IMG/VR virus record: IMGVR_UViG_3300025889_000126
Coordinates: 1 to 60,181 of that record
Reading direction: 5' to 3' (one strand)
Length of the DNA stretch: 60,181 bases
Source: a virus
Lineage: Duplodnaviria > Caudoviricetes
Part shown: positions 44,451 through 54,635 of the stretch, one piece after another
Numbering within the stretch: the stretch's first letter is position 1
Layout: each line of letters begins with the position of its first letter
Notes under the pieces: generated by a model
What the model was told of the DNA's origin: nothing
Database searches by the model: none
What the model saw: only the letters and a program-made list of their open reading frames with translations
Position numbers and translations under genes: made by a program

Positions 44451-45413
44451 TTATGAATTTGCTGATTGTTGTTGTTCTTGAGACATTGCAAATTGAGCCA
44501 CCTCAGTCTCTCTAATGCTAATACCACAATACTGTAATATTTTCATTGCAAGCTTGTACTCATCCTCAAGCGGTAACTCAAAGTCCTGATAGTCAGGCTG
44601 TGTTTGGTCAAATACAGGCTCACCACTAGTGAGTGATACGTATGTCCACTTTGGTGGCTTAGGGTATCTAAAGTAGACCGCCTGCACGGCACCGTAGCCT
44701 GATACACTAACTGGATATACAGTAAGTGTACCGCTATTTGCTAATGTATAAGCAGGATACTGAATAGATGGAGCAGTGAGTAAGGATTGGTTCAGCATAA
44801 GTATTTTACCCATTGTCACCTTCTCAGCCTCGCTGATAGCTGACGCCTTATATACCTTATAGTCTTCACCTATAGTCGTAAAGATATTGTCTGTTATGTC
44901 AAGGGCAGTAGCTGATACACCTGTAACAAATGCACCCTCATATAGAGTGGTATTGACAACTACGTCACCTACCGATACACCTGCTGTTACAAAGTTTGCA
45001 CCAGCATCAATGAGTTGGAACGCAGGCAGTGTACCTGTATTGGTTCCTGATGCCAACACAGTAGTGTAGCAGTTGACTCTATTGATTAGGTAGTAGTCTG
45101 ACCCTGTTGTTGTAACTGACGGAGCAAAGAAATTATTCCCGATATATCCTGATGCAGATGGGTTTGGCACAAGGAACTCAGTAGCAATAAAAGTCTCAAG
45201 CAGCTCTGCTATAGGCTGCTCTAAATCTGCATAGTCAGTACCTGCCATACGACCATTCTCCATATTTATAACCTTGTTGTACATAGCAAAGTACTCCTCA
45301 AATATCTCCATCTGAGCTTGCAATGCATACAGGTTGAAGTCAGCCGGTGAGATGTACCCATAGTTGTTCTTATTTAGAACAGACTGTACTGTATTTCTTA
45401 CTGAGTTGATCAT
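44451..45413 (-). CDS. structural (ring/head-tail connector) protein
   Basis: LNKNNYGYISP.DFN...YFRYPKPPKW...DFEL. Confidence 0.6.
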   Translation of the reverse strand: MINSVRNTVQSVLNKNNYGYISPADFNLYALQAQMEIFEEYFAMYNKVINMENGRMAGTDYADLEQPIAELLETFIATEFLVPNPSASGYIGNNFFAPSVTTTGSDYYLINRVNCYTTVLASGTNTGTLPAFQLIDAGANFVTAGVSVGDVVVNTTLYEGAFVTGVSATALDITDNIFTTIGEDYKVYKASAISEAEKVTMGKILMLNQSLLTAPSIQYPAYTLANSGTLTVYPVSVSGYGAVQAVYFRYPKPPKWTYVSLTSGEPVFDQTQPDYQDFELPLEDEYKLAMKILQYCGISIRETEVAQFAMSQEQQQSANS

Positions 45414-45428
45414 TCTCTATTTTTTTTA

Positions 45429-45468
45429 CAAATGTAAAAAAAAGAGGGCATATATTCACACCCTCTCT
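45429..45468 (-). terminator. intrinsic terminator abutting a TACATTTG promoter box
   Basis: GAGAGGGTG...TGCCCTCTTTTTTTT, then TACATTTG at 45429-45436. Confidence 0.65.
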
Positions 45469-45497
45469 TACTATAACTCTAAAATATTTTTACTTGA

Positions 45498-46250
45498 CTA
45501 TGTTAAATATGTCTCTAACATCTTTAACGCATCAAGACCTTCGTCACTTTGTAAGAACTGTGCGGCAAAATCATATGGGTCAGCACCGAATGGTATTGAA
45601 CACATTTTCTTTTTGTTGGATGGTGTGCTAAACCAAATCTCTCTGTCATTATTACGGAGAGCTAATAGTCTCTTTTCAAAGAATAGCATAATCTTGCCTT
45701 GATAGTTTAACTCAGGGTCATTTATGGTTTGCATAAACTCCCTTGGGTTCATCTTGGCAAAAATAAGCATATCTCTTTTTAGTTCTGCTGTTGATATGGC
45801 AGATGGGTCTTTACCAAATAACACCCTTGTCATAATTTCAAGCTGTTCAATACTTAAACCTCTAGCTGCAATCAATGCATCTACCTCAATATTTAAGTCC
45901 TCAACTTCTTCAAATGCCTCTTTTTCCTTATCTACTTCTTCAAAAATTCTACCATTTAATGGGTGATAATGTAAGAATGCTTGTAATGCAGGATTTGATT
46001 TAGGAACAGTTAACATTCCATCTTCAAAAATAACAGGCTCTAAAATAGCATTTCCATCCTGCTCATCCTCAAATGGAGACTTTTGATTAGATGCATATCT
46101 TAACGCTCTGTTTACATTATTCTTCTCATCATACCACATCAATGGGAATCTTGGATGATTTCTTGATGCTAATGTATATGATAACGGAGTTGTATTTCCT
46201 CTTAATCTATATACCTTATCTGAAGGTACTAATTTTTTTAACTCAGACAT
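45498..46250 (-). CDS. conserved phage protein downstream of the capsid gene
   Basis: Probable start MSELKK at 46250; RALRYASNQKSPFEDEQ, FLHYHP. Confidence 0.7.
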   Translation of the reverse strand: MSELKKLVPSDKVYRLRGNTTPLSYTLASRNHPRFPLMWYDEKNNVNRALRYASNQKSPFEDEQDGNAILEPVIFEDGMLTVPKSNPALQAFLHYHPLNGRIFEEVDKEKEAFEEVEDLNIEVDALIAARGLSIEQLEIMTRVLFGKDPSAISTAELKRDMLIFAKMNPREFMQTINDPELNYQGKIMLFFEKRLLALRNNDREIWFSTPSNKKKMCSIPFGADPYDFAAQFLQSDEGLDALKMLETYLT

Positions 46251-46271
46251 ATATTTAATTTGATTTAATTT

Positions 46272-46302
46272 AAAAAAAGGAGAGTGCCATAAGACACTCC
46301 CC
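46272..46302 (-). terminator. intrinsic terminator after the major capsid gene
   Basis: GGGGAGTGTC-TTAT-GGCACTCTCC-TTTTTTT. Confidence 0.85.
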
Positions 46303-46315
46303 AATATTCACCTTA

Positions 46316-47761
46316 TTAACCATATCTAAACAGAACGAAGTTGTTAGCACCAAGGGTACAAACACAACGCTCAGAAAGGAAGTTTACTTCCATTGCATCC
46401 AGGTCGCTAGTAATAGCACCACCGGCAGAACCTGTAATCCAAGTTTTGTATCTACGGTCTTCAGCCTCAGTTGCACGGTAGCGAACATGAAGGAATGGAC
46501 GCTTAGCGTTTTTGCCCATAATCTGGTCGTAAACAGAAGTTGAACCGGCAGGAACTAAAAGCCCTGTTACAGTGCCAGACGCTGTAGCAGCAACAGTAGA
46601 TAAGCCGCCACGCATAGTTGGGTCGTTCAAGTACTTCCAATCTGATTTGTAGAAGTCATAACCACGTCTGAAGCCTGAGAAACCAAGATTCAAAGCCATA
46701 GTTACGTCATTGTCAAATAGACCGTAAGAAGCACCGTAAGAAGGAGTAGTTGCAGCAGCAGAGCTAGCACCGTTAAGACCTGCAAGCATACCGTCAATGT
46801 CAAAGCTTAATTGACGATTACAGAATACAACATTCTCTTCGATAGCTCCTTGCTTGTCAAGACGCTGTACGATTGTGTCCCAATCAGCAAGAGATGTTGG
46901 CGTACCACCACCCCATACGTTGCCACGATCATTTACAACATAGAAGATACCCTCAGACCCTGAGTTTGCACCTAGAACTGCAGCGGCTCCAGAACCTGAA
47001 GCAGCAGGAACTGCTTCAATCATAGCTGTTTCAAGATAGTCCTCAAAGCGAAGACGAGTCTCATGCTCTGATTTTAGGTACCAAAGATAACCAGTCGCAC
47101 CGTTCTCAGTTGTTACTTCAACCCATCCAATCTGAGCCATGTCAGAACCATTTACAGCGTATTTATCCTTTAGAATGATTGGCTTGTTTGAGAAGATATC
47201 ATCTTCAGCCTCAAGAGAACCAATCATACCTGTAGTTCCTTTTTTAAATTCAGAACCATAGATAAATATAGTACAAACGTCACCATTTACGATAGATGTA
47301 CCAAGACCTGTATTTATTTGATAGAAAGCCACAGTTACAACTAAGCCTGTCACTGCTGTAACAATAGCCTTGTAGCTAAGACCTGCTGTAGCACCAGTGT
47401 TTACTTGGATAAATAATGTCTGTCCAACACGAATTGCAGCAGTCAATGCGCCTAAATCCGAAATCGTAAAAGTAGCTACAGTAGTAGATACAGCAGAAGC
47501 TGTACACGTTGTATATTTGATGTGCAAACGACCTTGCTCAGCCCATTTGATTTGGTCAGAGTTTGAAGGCATCTCAGCACCTACAAGGCGCAAGAATGAT
47601 GCAATTGTTCTGTTACCATAACGCTCAAATTCCTTCTCATAAGTATCAGGAAGATACTGATTCAAGAAATCAAAGTTGGTAATGTAATTTCCTTGTAGTG
47701 CTACCTGTTCAGCAGATGGCTGCAATGAATAGGTAGGATTGTTTAATAAAGCACTAGGCAT
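46316..47761 (-). CDS. major capsid protein
   Basis: 481 aa following the scaffold gene, ends at a strong terminator; WAEQGRLH, LNLGFSGFRRGYDFYK. Confidence 0.8.
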   Translation of the reverse strand: MPSALLNNPTYSLQPSAEQVALQGNYITNFDFLNQYLPDTYEKEFERYGNRTIASFLRLVGAEMPSNSDQIKWAEQGRLHIKYTTCTASAVSTTVATFTISDLGALTAAIRVGQTLFIQVNTGATAGLSYKAIVTAVTGLVVTVAFYQINTGLGTSIVNGDVCTIFIYGSEFKKGTTGMIGSLEAEDDIFSNKPIILKDKYAVNGSDMAQIGWVEVTTENGATGYLWYLKSEHETRLRFEDYLETAMIEAVPAASGSGAAAVLGANSGSEGIFYVVNDRGNVWGGGTPTSLADWDTIVQRLDKQGAIEENVVFCNRQLSFDIDGMLAGLNGASSAAATTPSYGASYGLFDNDVTMALNLGFSGFRRGYDFYKSDWKYLNDPTMRGGLSTVAATASGTVTGLLVPAGSTSVYDQIMGKNAKRPFLHVRYRATEAEDRRYKTWITGSAGGAITSDLDAMEVNFLSERCVCTLGANNFVLFRYG

Positions 47762-47781
47762 CTTTTTAGAATTTTAATTGT

Positions 47782-48858
47782 CTACAATTTTTTTATACTG
47801 CGGATTTTTAAACTTTTTCCATGGTCAGGATTAACCGCTTTAACCTGGAACCCATCATTCCCCTTCGTTGTCTCATTTGCCTTACGCTCAGACATATTTA
47901 TATTCTTAGTCTTACGCATAAAGTCATCTGCGGCATCAGTCATACCTTGCTCATAGAAGAACTTGGCAAACCTCTCAGGGTTCATTGCAACAGCCAAAGC
48001 CTTATGGTACCCACTCGCATCTTTAATCAAGCCACTCTCATCGATAAACTTACCGATAAAGCTTGATGGATTTGAGTGCAACTTTTTAAGCTCATTAGCA
48101 TCACCAGGATTAAAATTAAGCTTTTTGTTATTGACGTTAAATTCAAAACCTTTGAAATTACCATCAAATACCTCATTGGTTTTTTGTTCAAACCATTGAC
48201 GCTTACGATTGTTCTCCTCCTCGATCGTCTTAGCTTGTTGCATATATTGACGATAAGCATTGAACTCTTCTTTCTCTTCCTGAGACATCCCTGCCGTACT
48301 TGACTCAAGTGGCATCTTATACATCTCCTTCTGAGAGTTGAAAAACTTCTTTGCCTCATTAACAGCTTTTTTCCTTGATATCTTTGCCTTCTTAATATAA
48401 GACTCGTCATCAAGATCCTCGTCATACCTGTATTCGTCCAACATCATCTCAACGTCATCTTCGTCAAGACCCTCTTGTGTAGATAACAAGTAATCTTTGA
48501 GTAGCTGTTCTTCCGGAACAGAATCGAAATCTTTCTTCAACTTGAGAAAGTCTTCAAATCCTCTTCCTGTGTCTTTTCTGTATTTCATATAAGCAGCTAC
48601 ATCCTCTGGCAATTCCTCTGAGCTTTTACGCTCAGCCATCAATTCATCGAATGAGCTAATCTGCTTATTGTATCTTTTACCTATATATGAAAGAACGTCT
48701 TCTTCTCTTAGCTCAACCTCCTGCTGAGGTGCAACAAATTCTTCTTGCGGTATATCTTGCGATAATGACTGCTCGTGTTTCTCAAGAAGTTCTTGTTCTA
48801 CCTCTTGTACACTCTTTTGTTCTGTTGAGTCTAATACTCTTACTGCTTTAAATTCCAT
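47782..48858 (-). CDS. capsid scaffolding protein
   Basis: Acidic and helical; between portal and capsid. Confidence 0.65.
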   Translation of the reverse strand: MEFKAVRVLDSTEQKSVQEVEQELLEKHEQSLSQDIPQEEFVAPQQEVELREEDVLSYIGKRYNKQISSFDELMAERKSSEELPEDVAAYMKYRKDTGRGFEDFLKLKKDFDSVPEEQLLKDYLLSTQEGLDEDDVEMMLDEYRYDEDLDDESYIKKAKISRKKAVNEAKKFFNSQKEMYKMPLESSTAGMSQEEKEEFNAYRQYMQQAKTIEEENNRKRQWFEQKTNEVFDGNFKGFEFNVNNKKLNFNPGDANELKKLHSNPSSFIGKFIDESGLIKDASGYHKALAVAMNPERFAKFFYEQGMTDAADDFMRKTKNINMSERKANETTKGNDGFQVKAVNPDHGKSLKIRSIKKL

Positions 48859-48880
48859 TTGATTTTATTTTAATTATTTG

Positions 48881-48888
48881 CAAATTTA
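48881..48888 (-). promoter_or_regulatory. Bacteroidota -7 promoter box (TAAATTTG) for scaffold/capsid
   Basis: TAnnTTTG 22 nt upstream of the scaffold ATG. Confidence 0.55.
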
Positions 48889-48910
48889 TAAAAAAAATTA
48901 TTAAGTAGTA

Positions 48911-51346
48911 TTATCTAGGATTAAATTCTGCTAAATCAAATCCATCTAAACTATCTTCGTTGCTTTCAAAGTTCAGTGGAGGTAAGTTGTTTTTCCTCTG
49001 ATTGATGAGTTTTGACTGCTGAGTATTCTGAATACCTATGCGCTTATTCTTCTCCTCCTCTTTTTTATTCTCCCTGTTTGTCAGTAAACTTGACTGCATC
49101 TCATGTATCTTAACATTGTATTGGAACTCCTCTGCCATTAGCTTAGACTTGATGCCTGCCTCAAACTCCATCTTCTTCATCTGTCCCTCAATCTCTGCTT
49201 GGATAACCATTGTCTTTGACTGGGCCTCAAGCTGTATCTTTTGCACTGCCATCTCTGCTGCCATCTGCTGAGACTGCATCTGCTGCTGCGCCTGCATTGC
49301 CTGCTTTTGCATCATCATCTGCTCCATTCTCTCAGCGTTCTTAACTCGCTTGAGCTTCAGTAGCTGATTAGCTAGCTTGAGATTTTTAAGCTCTCTGATG
49401 TCAATAGCATCCTCAAGGTTTATGTCACCTTTAGACAATGCCACCTGTATATTGGCTTCGAGCTGTGCTTTCTGCTCTTCGTCAGGAGTAACCTCAATAA
49501 ATATACCAAAGTCATATAAGTATAAGTCCTTGATGTCATTTAGAATAGAGGTGTTGTATCTGCCAATTCTCATGGCAAAGTCCTCTTTGAAGTCTGCATA
49601 CTCCAAAACGTCAGACACCCTGTAGGTGATCGCCTCAGCTAATCTTCTATAGATAAATAGACCACTCTCAAGGATATGTCTTGTTGCTGTGTTTGAGTTG
49701 AGCGCTGCCATCTTCTGTAGACCAACCAAAGAGTTCGGGTCAGGCGTTGAGCCATCTCTCGCCTCATTAAGACCTGTTACGGTCCTAATCATGTCCATAT
49801 AGTGCTGGTAGTTAGCGATGAGCATTTGTGTCTTAGCTGCTCCTGAGTTTGACGTAAGCTGAGTGATTGGCACTCTAGCATTATTGAAGTCACCATCTTG
49901 AGTGAAGCTCCTACCGATAACACTACCTGTTTGAAAATAGAGCCTTAGTGCATCCTCAGGATTATATGCGGCACCTGTACCTAGGTCAACCTCATTAAGG
50001 CCGTCAGCGTCAATGAATACACCATCAGGGACTACTCTGTTAATTACCTGCTGTAGCTTTAGGTGAGTTATCTGAATCAAGTCAGCGAATGGTATCATCC
50101 TTCTAACCAATGACTCAATAACGCCCTTGTACATCCTTGGAGCGCAAGCCACATACATTGGCATTGCGTGTTGCGTTGACGACTTTGGCCTAACCATATT
50201 CTCAGCCATCTCCCATTTAATCAAGTAGTTGGTACCCATTACCATCACCCCTTCATACCATACGTCAATGGTCTTCTCGACCTTCTCGAAATTACCCTCT
50301 TCCATCATCTCTACCGGAGGATTAAACGTATCGTCCTTTGGTATCATCTTAACAGAACCATTCTCCGTTGTCTTTCTCTTATAGACTACCTTTTTGGTTG
50401 TCTTATAGTTAAAATATAACAGAGTGCAAGTGTCCCTACTAAACAAGCTATTCTCATAGAATCTTGCAACATTGTAGTAATCATACCATGATTGACTGTA
50501 TTGGGATATTTTTTGTAAATCATCTTTTGTTAGCTTTGGATTTATTTTGTATAGCTCTGTAAGAGGCACAGTTTTAATCTCGCCCCAATAGAAGCAGTCC
50601 TCAAAAAATGGGTCCTCAGTATAGCTATAGACTATATTAGCTGGGTCTACATATGAAATCCTTACACCTTCACCTAGCAAGAACTCATGCTTTGCCACTG
50701 CTATACCAAGCACAGTCATGTCATAGTCCAAACGCTTTCTTGTGTCGTAGTAGTGGTTCTCGTCAAATATTGTGTTTATTGCTACCTCCTCTGCTATCTC
50801 AATTGCAGGCTTGTAATTTATTTGCATATACAATGACAGCTCCTCGTCATTCTCAGGCAGCGTATTCGGGTCCGTAACAAATGGATTGGCACCTGTAAAC
50901 TTTTGGATCGTCTCAAATATTGGCTTACCAATCATCTGAGTCTCTATCATGTCCTGGTACTTATTACGCTTTGCCAATGACATAGCATCCTGTGCATATG
51001 CCTTTGGCTTGAATAATCTGTCAGCCATTCCATTCACTACGATGTCAACAAACTTTGGTATAACAGGAACAGGAGTCCAGTCTATATTCAAATAAGATAA
51101 ATCACCATCAATTGCCAGCTCATTTTTATATTTTGCTACTGACTGCTCACCCCTTGCGTAGAGTCTAAGCTTATGGAACTCTCTCCATCTGCTATAGTAT
51201 CTGCAAGATGTACCATCCTTTCTAAACCACTCATATTGAATTGCTTGTCCTACTTGTAGCCCATAGCTCTCTGATGCCTTCTCTGCGTCAGTTGCCCATT
51301 GGTTAGGGAAGTCCGAGTACTGTATGTCTATGATTATATCTTTCAT
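48911..51346 (-). CDS. portal protein
   Basis: 811 aa directly after the terminase; PVIPKFVDIVVNG, TGLNEARDG, Q/M-rich C-terminal coil. Confidence 0.85.
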   Translation of the reverse strand: MKDIIIDIQYSDFPNQWATDAEKASESYGLQVGQAIQYEWFRKDGTSCRYYSRWREFHKLRLYARGEQSVAKYKNELAIDGDLSYLNIDWTPVPVIPKFVDIVVNGMADRLFKPKAYAQDAMSLAKRNKYQDMIETQMIGKPIFETIQKFTGANPFVTDPNTLPENDEELSLYMQINYKPAIEIAEEVAINTIFDENHYYDTRKRLDYDMTVLGIAVAKHEFLLGEGVRISYVDPANIVYSYTEDPFFEDCFYWGEIKTVPLTELYKINPKLTKDDLQKISQYSQSWYDYYNVARFYENSLFSRDTCTLLYFNYKTTKKVVYKRKTTENGSVKMIPKDDTFNPPVEMMEEGNFEKVEKTIDVWYEGVMVMGTNYLIKWEMAENMVRPKSSTQHAMPMYVACAPRMYKGVIESLVRRMIPFADLIQITHLKLQQVINRVVPDGVFIDADGLNEVDLGTGAAYNPEDALRLYFQTGSVIGRSFTQDGDFNNARVPITQLTSNSGAAKTQMLIANYQHYMDMIRTVTGLNEARDGSTPDPNSLVGLQKMAALNSNTATRHILESGLFIYRRLAEAITYRVSDVLEYADFKEDFAMRIGRYNTSILNDIKDLYLYDFGIFIEVTPDEEQKAQLEANIQVALSKGDINLEDAIDIRELKNLKLANQLLKLKRVKNAERMEQMMMQKQAMQAQQQMQSQQMAAEMAVQKIQLEAQSKTMVIQAEIEGQMKKMEFEAGIKSKLMAEEFQYNVKIHEMQSSLLTNRENKKEEEKNKRIGIQNTQQSKLINQRKNNLPPLNFESNEDSLDGFDLAEFNPR

Positions 51347-53589
51347 TTCATTATTTGACTTGTTAACCCATCGTTTGTATATCTAGCAAAGTTAATAATT
51401 ATTTTTGATTCTTTCTTTTCTGGCATATAAAGGTGTTTCTGATTTGCCATAATTGCTAATCCTGAGCTTATTGCAGCGTCAAATTTAGTCCTGTCATTTA
51501 TATCAAACTTTGCCCAATCTTCAAGTGTTCTTGTAAATGGCATATTGCCAATTACGTCAGGTTCTCTATATGCACCTGTATAATCAAATCCTATAAACTT
51601 CTCAATGTATGACTCGATTGCAGAAGCGTGAGACTGCTTGACATCCTCAGATGAGTTAGGTATACCACCTAGCTCTCGCTCTGTCTTTGTCAACTTATTC
51701 AACGGCTTATCTGGTCTGTTCATACAAAATCCTCTGTATCCTCTATTTTTAAAATGGTACAATAACCTTGGTTTATTATTCTCTATAAGTATTGGCATTC
51801 CGTAGTAAACGCAAGCCATAAGTATTTCTTCAAAAAATATCTCTGCTGTTTGTGGTCTTGCTATATATTCCAAAAAGAACTCATTAACTGGAGCATCATC
51901 CATATGAAACTTTGTCATCCCATGCAGCGATCCACTTGACCCTCTTCCTCCAACAACTGCTGAGATGTCATATGGGTCACAACCAAATGACCCTAAATGC
52001 TCATTACCTGGATGCTTAATTCCATTCCTTGTATGCACATTGTTCGCATAATGCGCAGGAGGGAACCAGCTAATTAAAAATCTTCCATGTTTATTTGGAC
52101 TCCATACAACCTTTGTGTCTTTAATTCCGTCTTTCCAAGAGAATGAACCTCTTGTCAAATATTGCTCCTTAATCAATGAGTCATTGTAATCAATTTGCTG
52201 ATATATCTTAGTCAGGTTAAATATCGCCTGTTTACTTTCATCTCTAAATGCATGGGACTCTGACCTTGGAAACTGACGATAGAATTCGTTCAGTGCATCG
52301 GCATCATTCTTTAGTGACGCTGCCTCATTCTCCCAATAGTCAATCGCTCCATTTGATATCTTGCCACCATCTACCCCCTCTATTGGCTTCTCAGGCTTTC
52401 TAAATACAGGCATACCGTACTTGTCAATAAAGCCCTCCATATTCCACTCCATTGGGATGAATAAGGAGTATAGCCCACTCTTTGTTTGACCATTGGCATT
52501 TCTATTCTCTACGTTTGAGTCATAGTACAAGGACTTGAAGTTATCACCACCTTTATTCAAGGCATTTGAGGTAGATCCCATCATACACTTGCCTATAATC
52601 TTACTACCTAAACGCAAACAAGTTTTTGTTACACGCCAATTATTCAGAATATTATTTGGTTTGACCCACTTACCCGATTCGTCATGCGCTAGGAATAATA
52701 ACTTCTCACCGTCATAGGAGTTCTCCTCAGTATTCTTCCAGTCAATAGTAGTATCCAATCCGACTATGTCATTGTTATTGACCTCATGCATATTCTTCTT
52801 GGTAATCTTTGATGCCGGAACACGGAACGCCAACTCTACCTTTGGCTTATCCATACCATCCATTATTGGCTTAAAGAAGAACGGCAGCTTGTTGTTGATT
52901 GGGACCACCTTATCTGTAAACATCTTCTTAGCATCGGCACCTGTCTTTGACAAAATACCTAATCGAGAATCCTTTGCTAGCGTTGCAAGATTTACACACT
53001 CTGAGGATGACATGAACGAGAAACCAGAACGTCTTATCTTGAGGTATATCATCCCGAAGCATCTTGGGTCCGCCTTGCAGGCCTCCCAAAATAAAAAGAA
53101 AATTCTATTCGCTTCTCGGAAGTCAGGATACCCAACGTCTATGCTTGACCATTGCAGGTACATATAATGAGACCCTGTGATATAACAAGGTTTACCGTTA
53201 TTCATGAACCAAAAACCTTGCTCACGATAATCGAACTCATCCTCTATATAGTCAACCCATTTATTTTTAAACTCGTTTGGCTTTTCATTCCATTGGAAGA
53301 TTGAGTTTATCTTCTCAAGTTCTCTAGGTATCGGAACACGCTCCCAATGTTGCTCTGCTTTTGAGTCGCTCCTTTTGCGGCAGTTCTCTGGCGCAGGAGG
53401 AAGGGCTATGTTCACCCCTGAGATATTTATAATTTCGCCTATCTGACCGTTCTTTGATATGACGACAATGTCATACTGCTCATTGTAGCCGTATAGCCAA
53501 GAGCGTACTCTGTTTTTATTAGTAATCGCATTCGAAGGAATTAAATCCTTCACGACATAATAAAGTTTATTTTGATCGTCTTTCTGCAA
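51343..53589 (-). CDS. terminase large subunit
   Basis: LKIRRSGFS (Walker A variant), HDESGK (Walker B), MGST, GCDPYD nuclease motif, ENNK, KFDAAISSG. Confidence 0.9.
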   Translation of the reverse strand: MQKDDQNKLYYVVKDLIPSNAITNKNRVRSWLYGYNEQYDIVVISKNGQIGEIINISGVNIALPPAPENCRKRSDSKAEQHWERVPIPRELEKINSIFQWNEKPNEFKNKWVDYIEDEFDYREQGFWFMNNGKPCYITGSHYMYLQWSSIDVGYPDFREANRIFFLFWEACKADPRCFGMIYLKIRRSGFSFMSSSECVNLATLAKDSRLGILSKTGADAKKMFTDKVVPINNKLPFFFKPIMDGMDKPKVELAFRVPASKITKKNMHEVNNNDIVGLDTTIDWKNTEENSYDGEKLLFLAHDESGKWVKPNNILNNWRVTKTCLRLGSKIIGKCMMGSTSNALNKGGDNFKSLYYDSNVENRNANGQTKSGLYSLFIPMEWNMEGFIDKYGMPVFRKPEKPIEGVDGGKISNGAIDYWENEAASLKNDADALNEFYRQFPRSESHAFRDESKQAIFNLTKIYQQIDYNDSLIKEQYLTRGSFSWKDGIKDTKVVWSPNKHGRFLISWFPPAHYANNVHTRNGIKHPGNEHLGSFGCDPYDISAVVGGRGSSGSLHGMTKFHMDDAPVNEFFLEYIARPQTAEIFFEEILMACVYYGMPILIENNKPRLLYHFKNRGYRGFCMNRPDKPLNKLTKTERELGGIPNSSEDVKQSHASAIESYIEKFIGFDYTGAYREPDVIGNMPFTRTLEDWAKFDINDRTKFDAAISSGLAIMANQKHLYMPEKKESKIIINFARYTNDGLTSQIMK

Positions 53590-53845
53590 AGCCTTGTTTT
53601 GAGTCTACTTTACTAATACCTCTCTCTATATAATCAAGAGATTCTTTCTCGGATTCTATTCTACTAAGTATTTCAAATGCGTCAAATATTGCCAATTTCT
53701 TGGATGCTGCTGCATTCTTTAACTTATCTGCCGATATATCGCCTTCCTCATGGGTTACAATACTTTCCTCTGCAACCTTTATCAATTCCTCTATGGCTTT
53801 ATATCCAGAGTTTATTATTTTAAGCTTTAGCTCTCTGTTGCTCAT
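53567..53845 (-). CDS. probable terminase small subunit
   Basis: Helical 92 aa immediately upstream of TerL. Confidence 0.5.
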   Translation of the reverse strand: MSNRELKLKIINSGYKAIEELIKVAEESIVTHEEGDISADKLKNAAASKKLAIFDAFEILSRIESEKESLDYIERGISKVDSKQGFAERRSK

Positions 53846-54414
53846 ACCGGATTAAGTTTCATTGTCACAAAATGGTCATACATCCTATATAGCTTTTCAC
53901 CATCAATTTCAAATTCGTACTCACCGTTAGGGGCAAAGCACACGGTATCTCCTTCGTTGACACCTTTACTTCTTAGATATTCATTAGGGTACTTCATTAT
54001 ACCCATCAAAGGCTCTAATGTGAATGGCTTTACTATGTAGCTTTTCTCAGCAGGGACAGGCTTCACGAAACAATACCTATCATATGCATTCCACTTGCCA
54101 TCACTCTTATATAAAAAAAACTGCTCATCATCAATAAAGAACAGGTCTTCCTTAAAAAAGCTTTTACCACTTTTGCGTCTTCCCTTGATGTCATTGTAGA
54201 ACTTAAAGACATTGTGGTGGACGATTAAGGTGTCTCCTGGTCTTATTGGACCGCTGTAATCTATAGGTGTCTCTATAACCTCAGCATAACGATTTGAGAA
54301 CTTTGATTCCTCCTCAGAGGTATTAACAATGAACTCAACACCAGCTATACTTTTTGTGTTGTTATATCGACTCCCATTTACAGGCTTTACTATAAACTGA
54401 GTCGGTGATTTCAT
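53842..54414 (-). CDS. tandem GroES-like (Cpn10 x2) protein
   Basis: Two repeats: FIVKP...IRPGDTLIV and CFVKP...VNEGDTVCF...EIDGEKLYRM. Confidence 0.55.
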   Translation of the reverse strand: MKSPTQFIVKPVNGSRYNNTKSIAGVEFIVNTSEEESKFSNRYAEVIETPIDYSGPIRPGDTLIVHHNVFKFYNDIKGRRKSGKSFFKEDLFFIDDEQFFLYKSDGKWNAYDRYCFVKPVPAEKSYIVKPFTLEPLMGIMKYPNEYLRSKGVNEGDTVCFAPNGEYEFEIDGEKLYRMYDHFVTMKLNPV

Positions 54415-54635
54415 TAAAAATCTATATTAAATTCGATTGAAATTGGAATAGTATCATTAAACTCTTTCCACAGGACCACTTCCTGCTTCTTATTTACTAT
54501 GTAGATTCGAATAGATCCAGATTGGTCTCTTCTTATAAGATGAATCTCATTAGTGTCGCCTAAGACTTTCTGCCCGACAACATAATGCATTGCGTTCTTA
54601 TAATCAGCACCTATCGATATCTTCCTTACATCCAT
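54414..54635 (-). CDS. hypothetical protein
   Basis: RKISIG.DYK.AMHY.VGQ motif. Confidence 0.7.
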   Translation of the reverse strand: MDVRKISIGADYKNAMHYVVGQKVLGDTNEIHLIRRDQSGSIRIYIVNKKQEVVLWKEFNDTIPISIEFNIDF

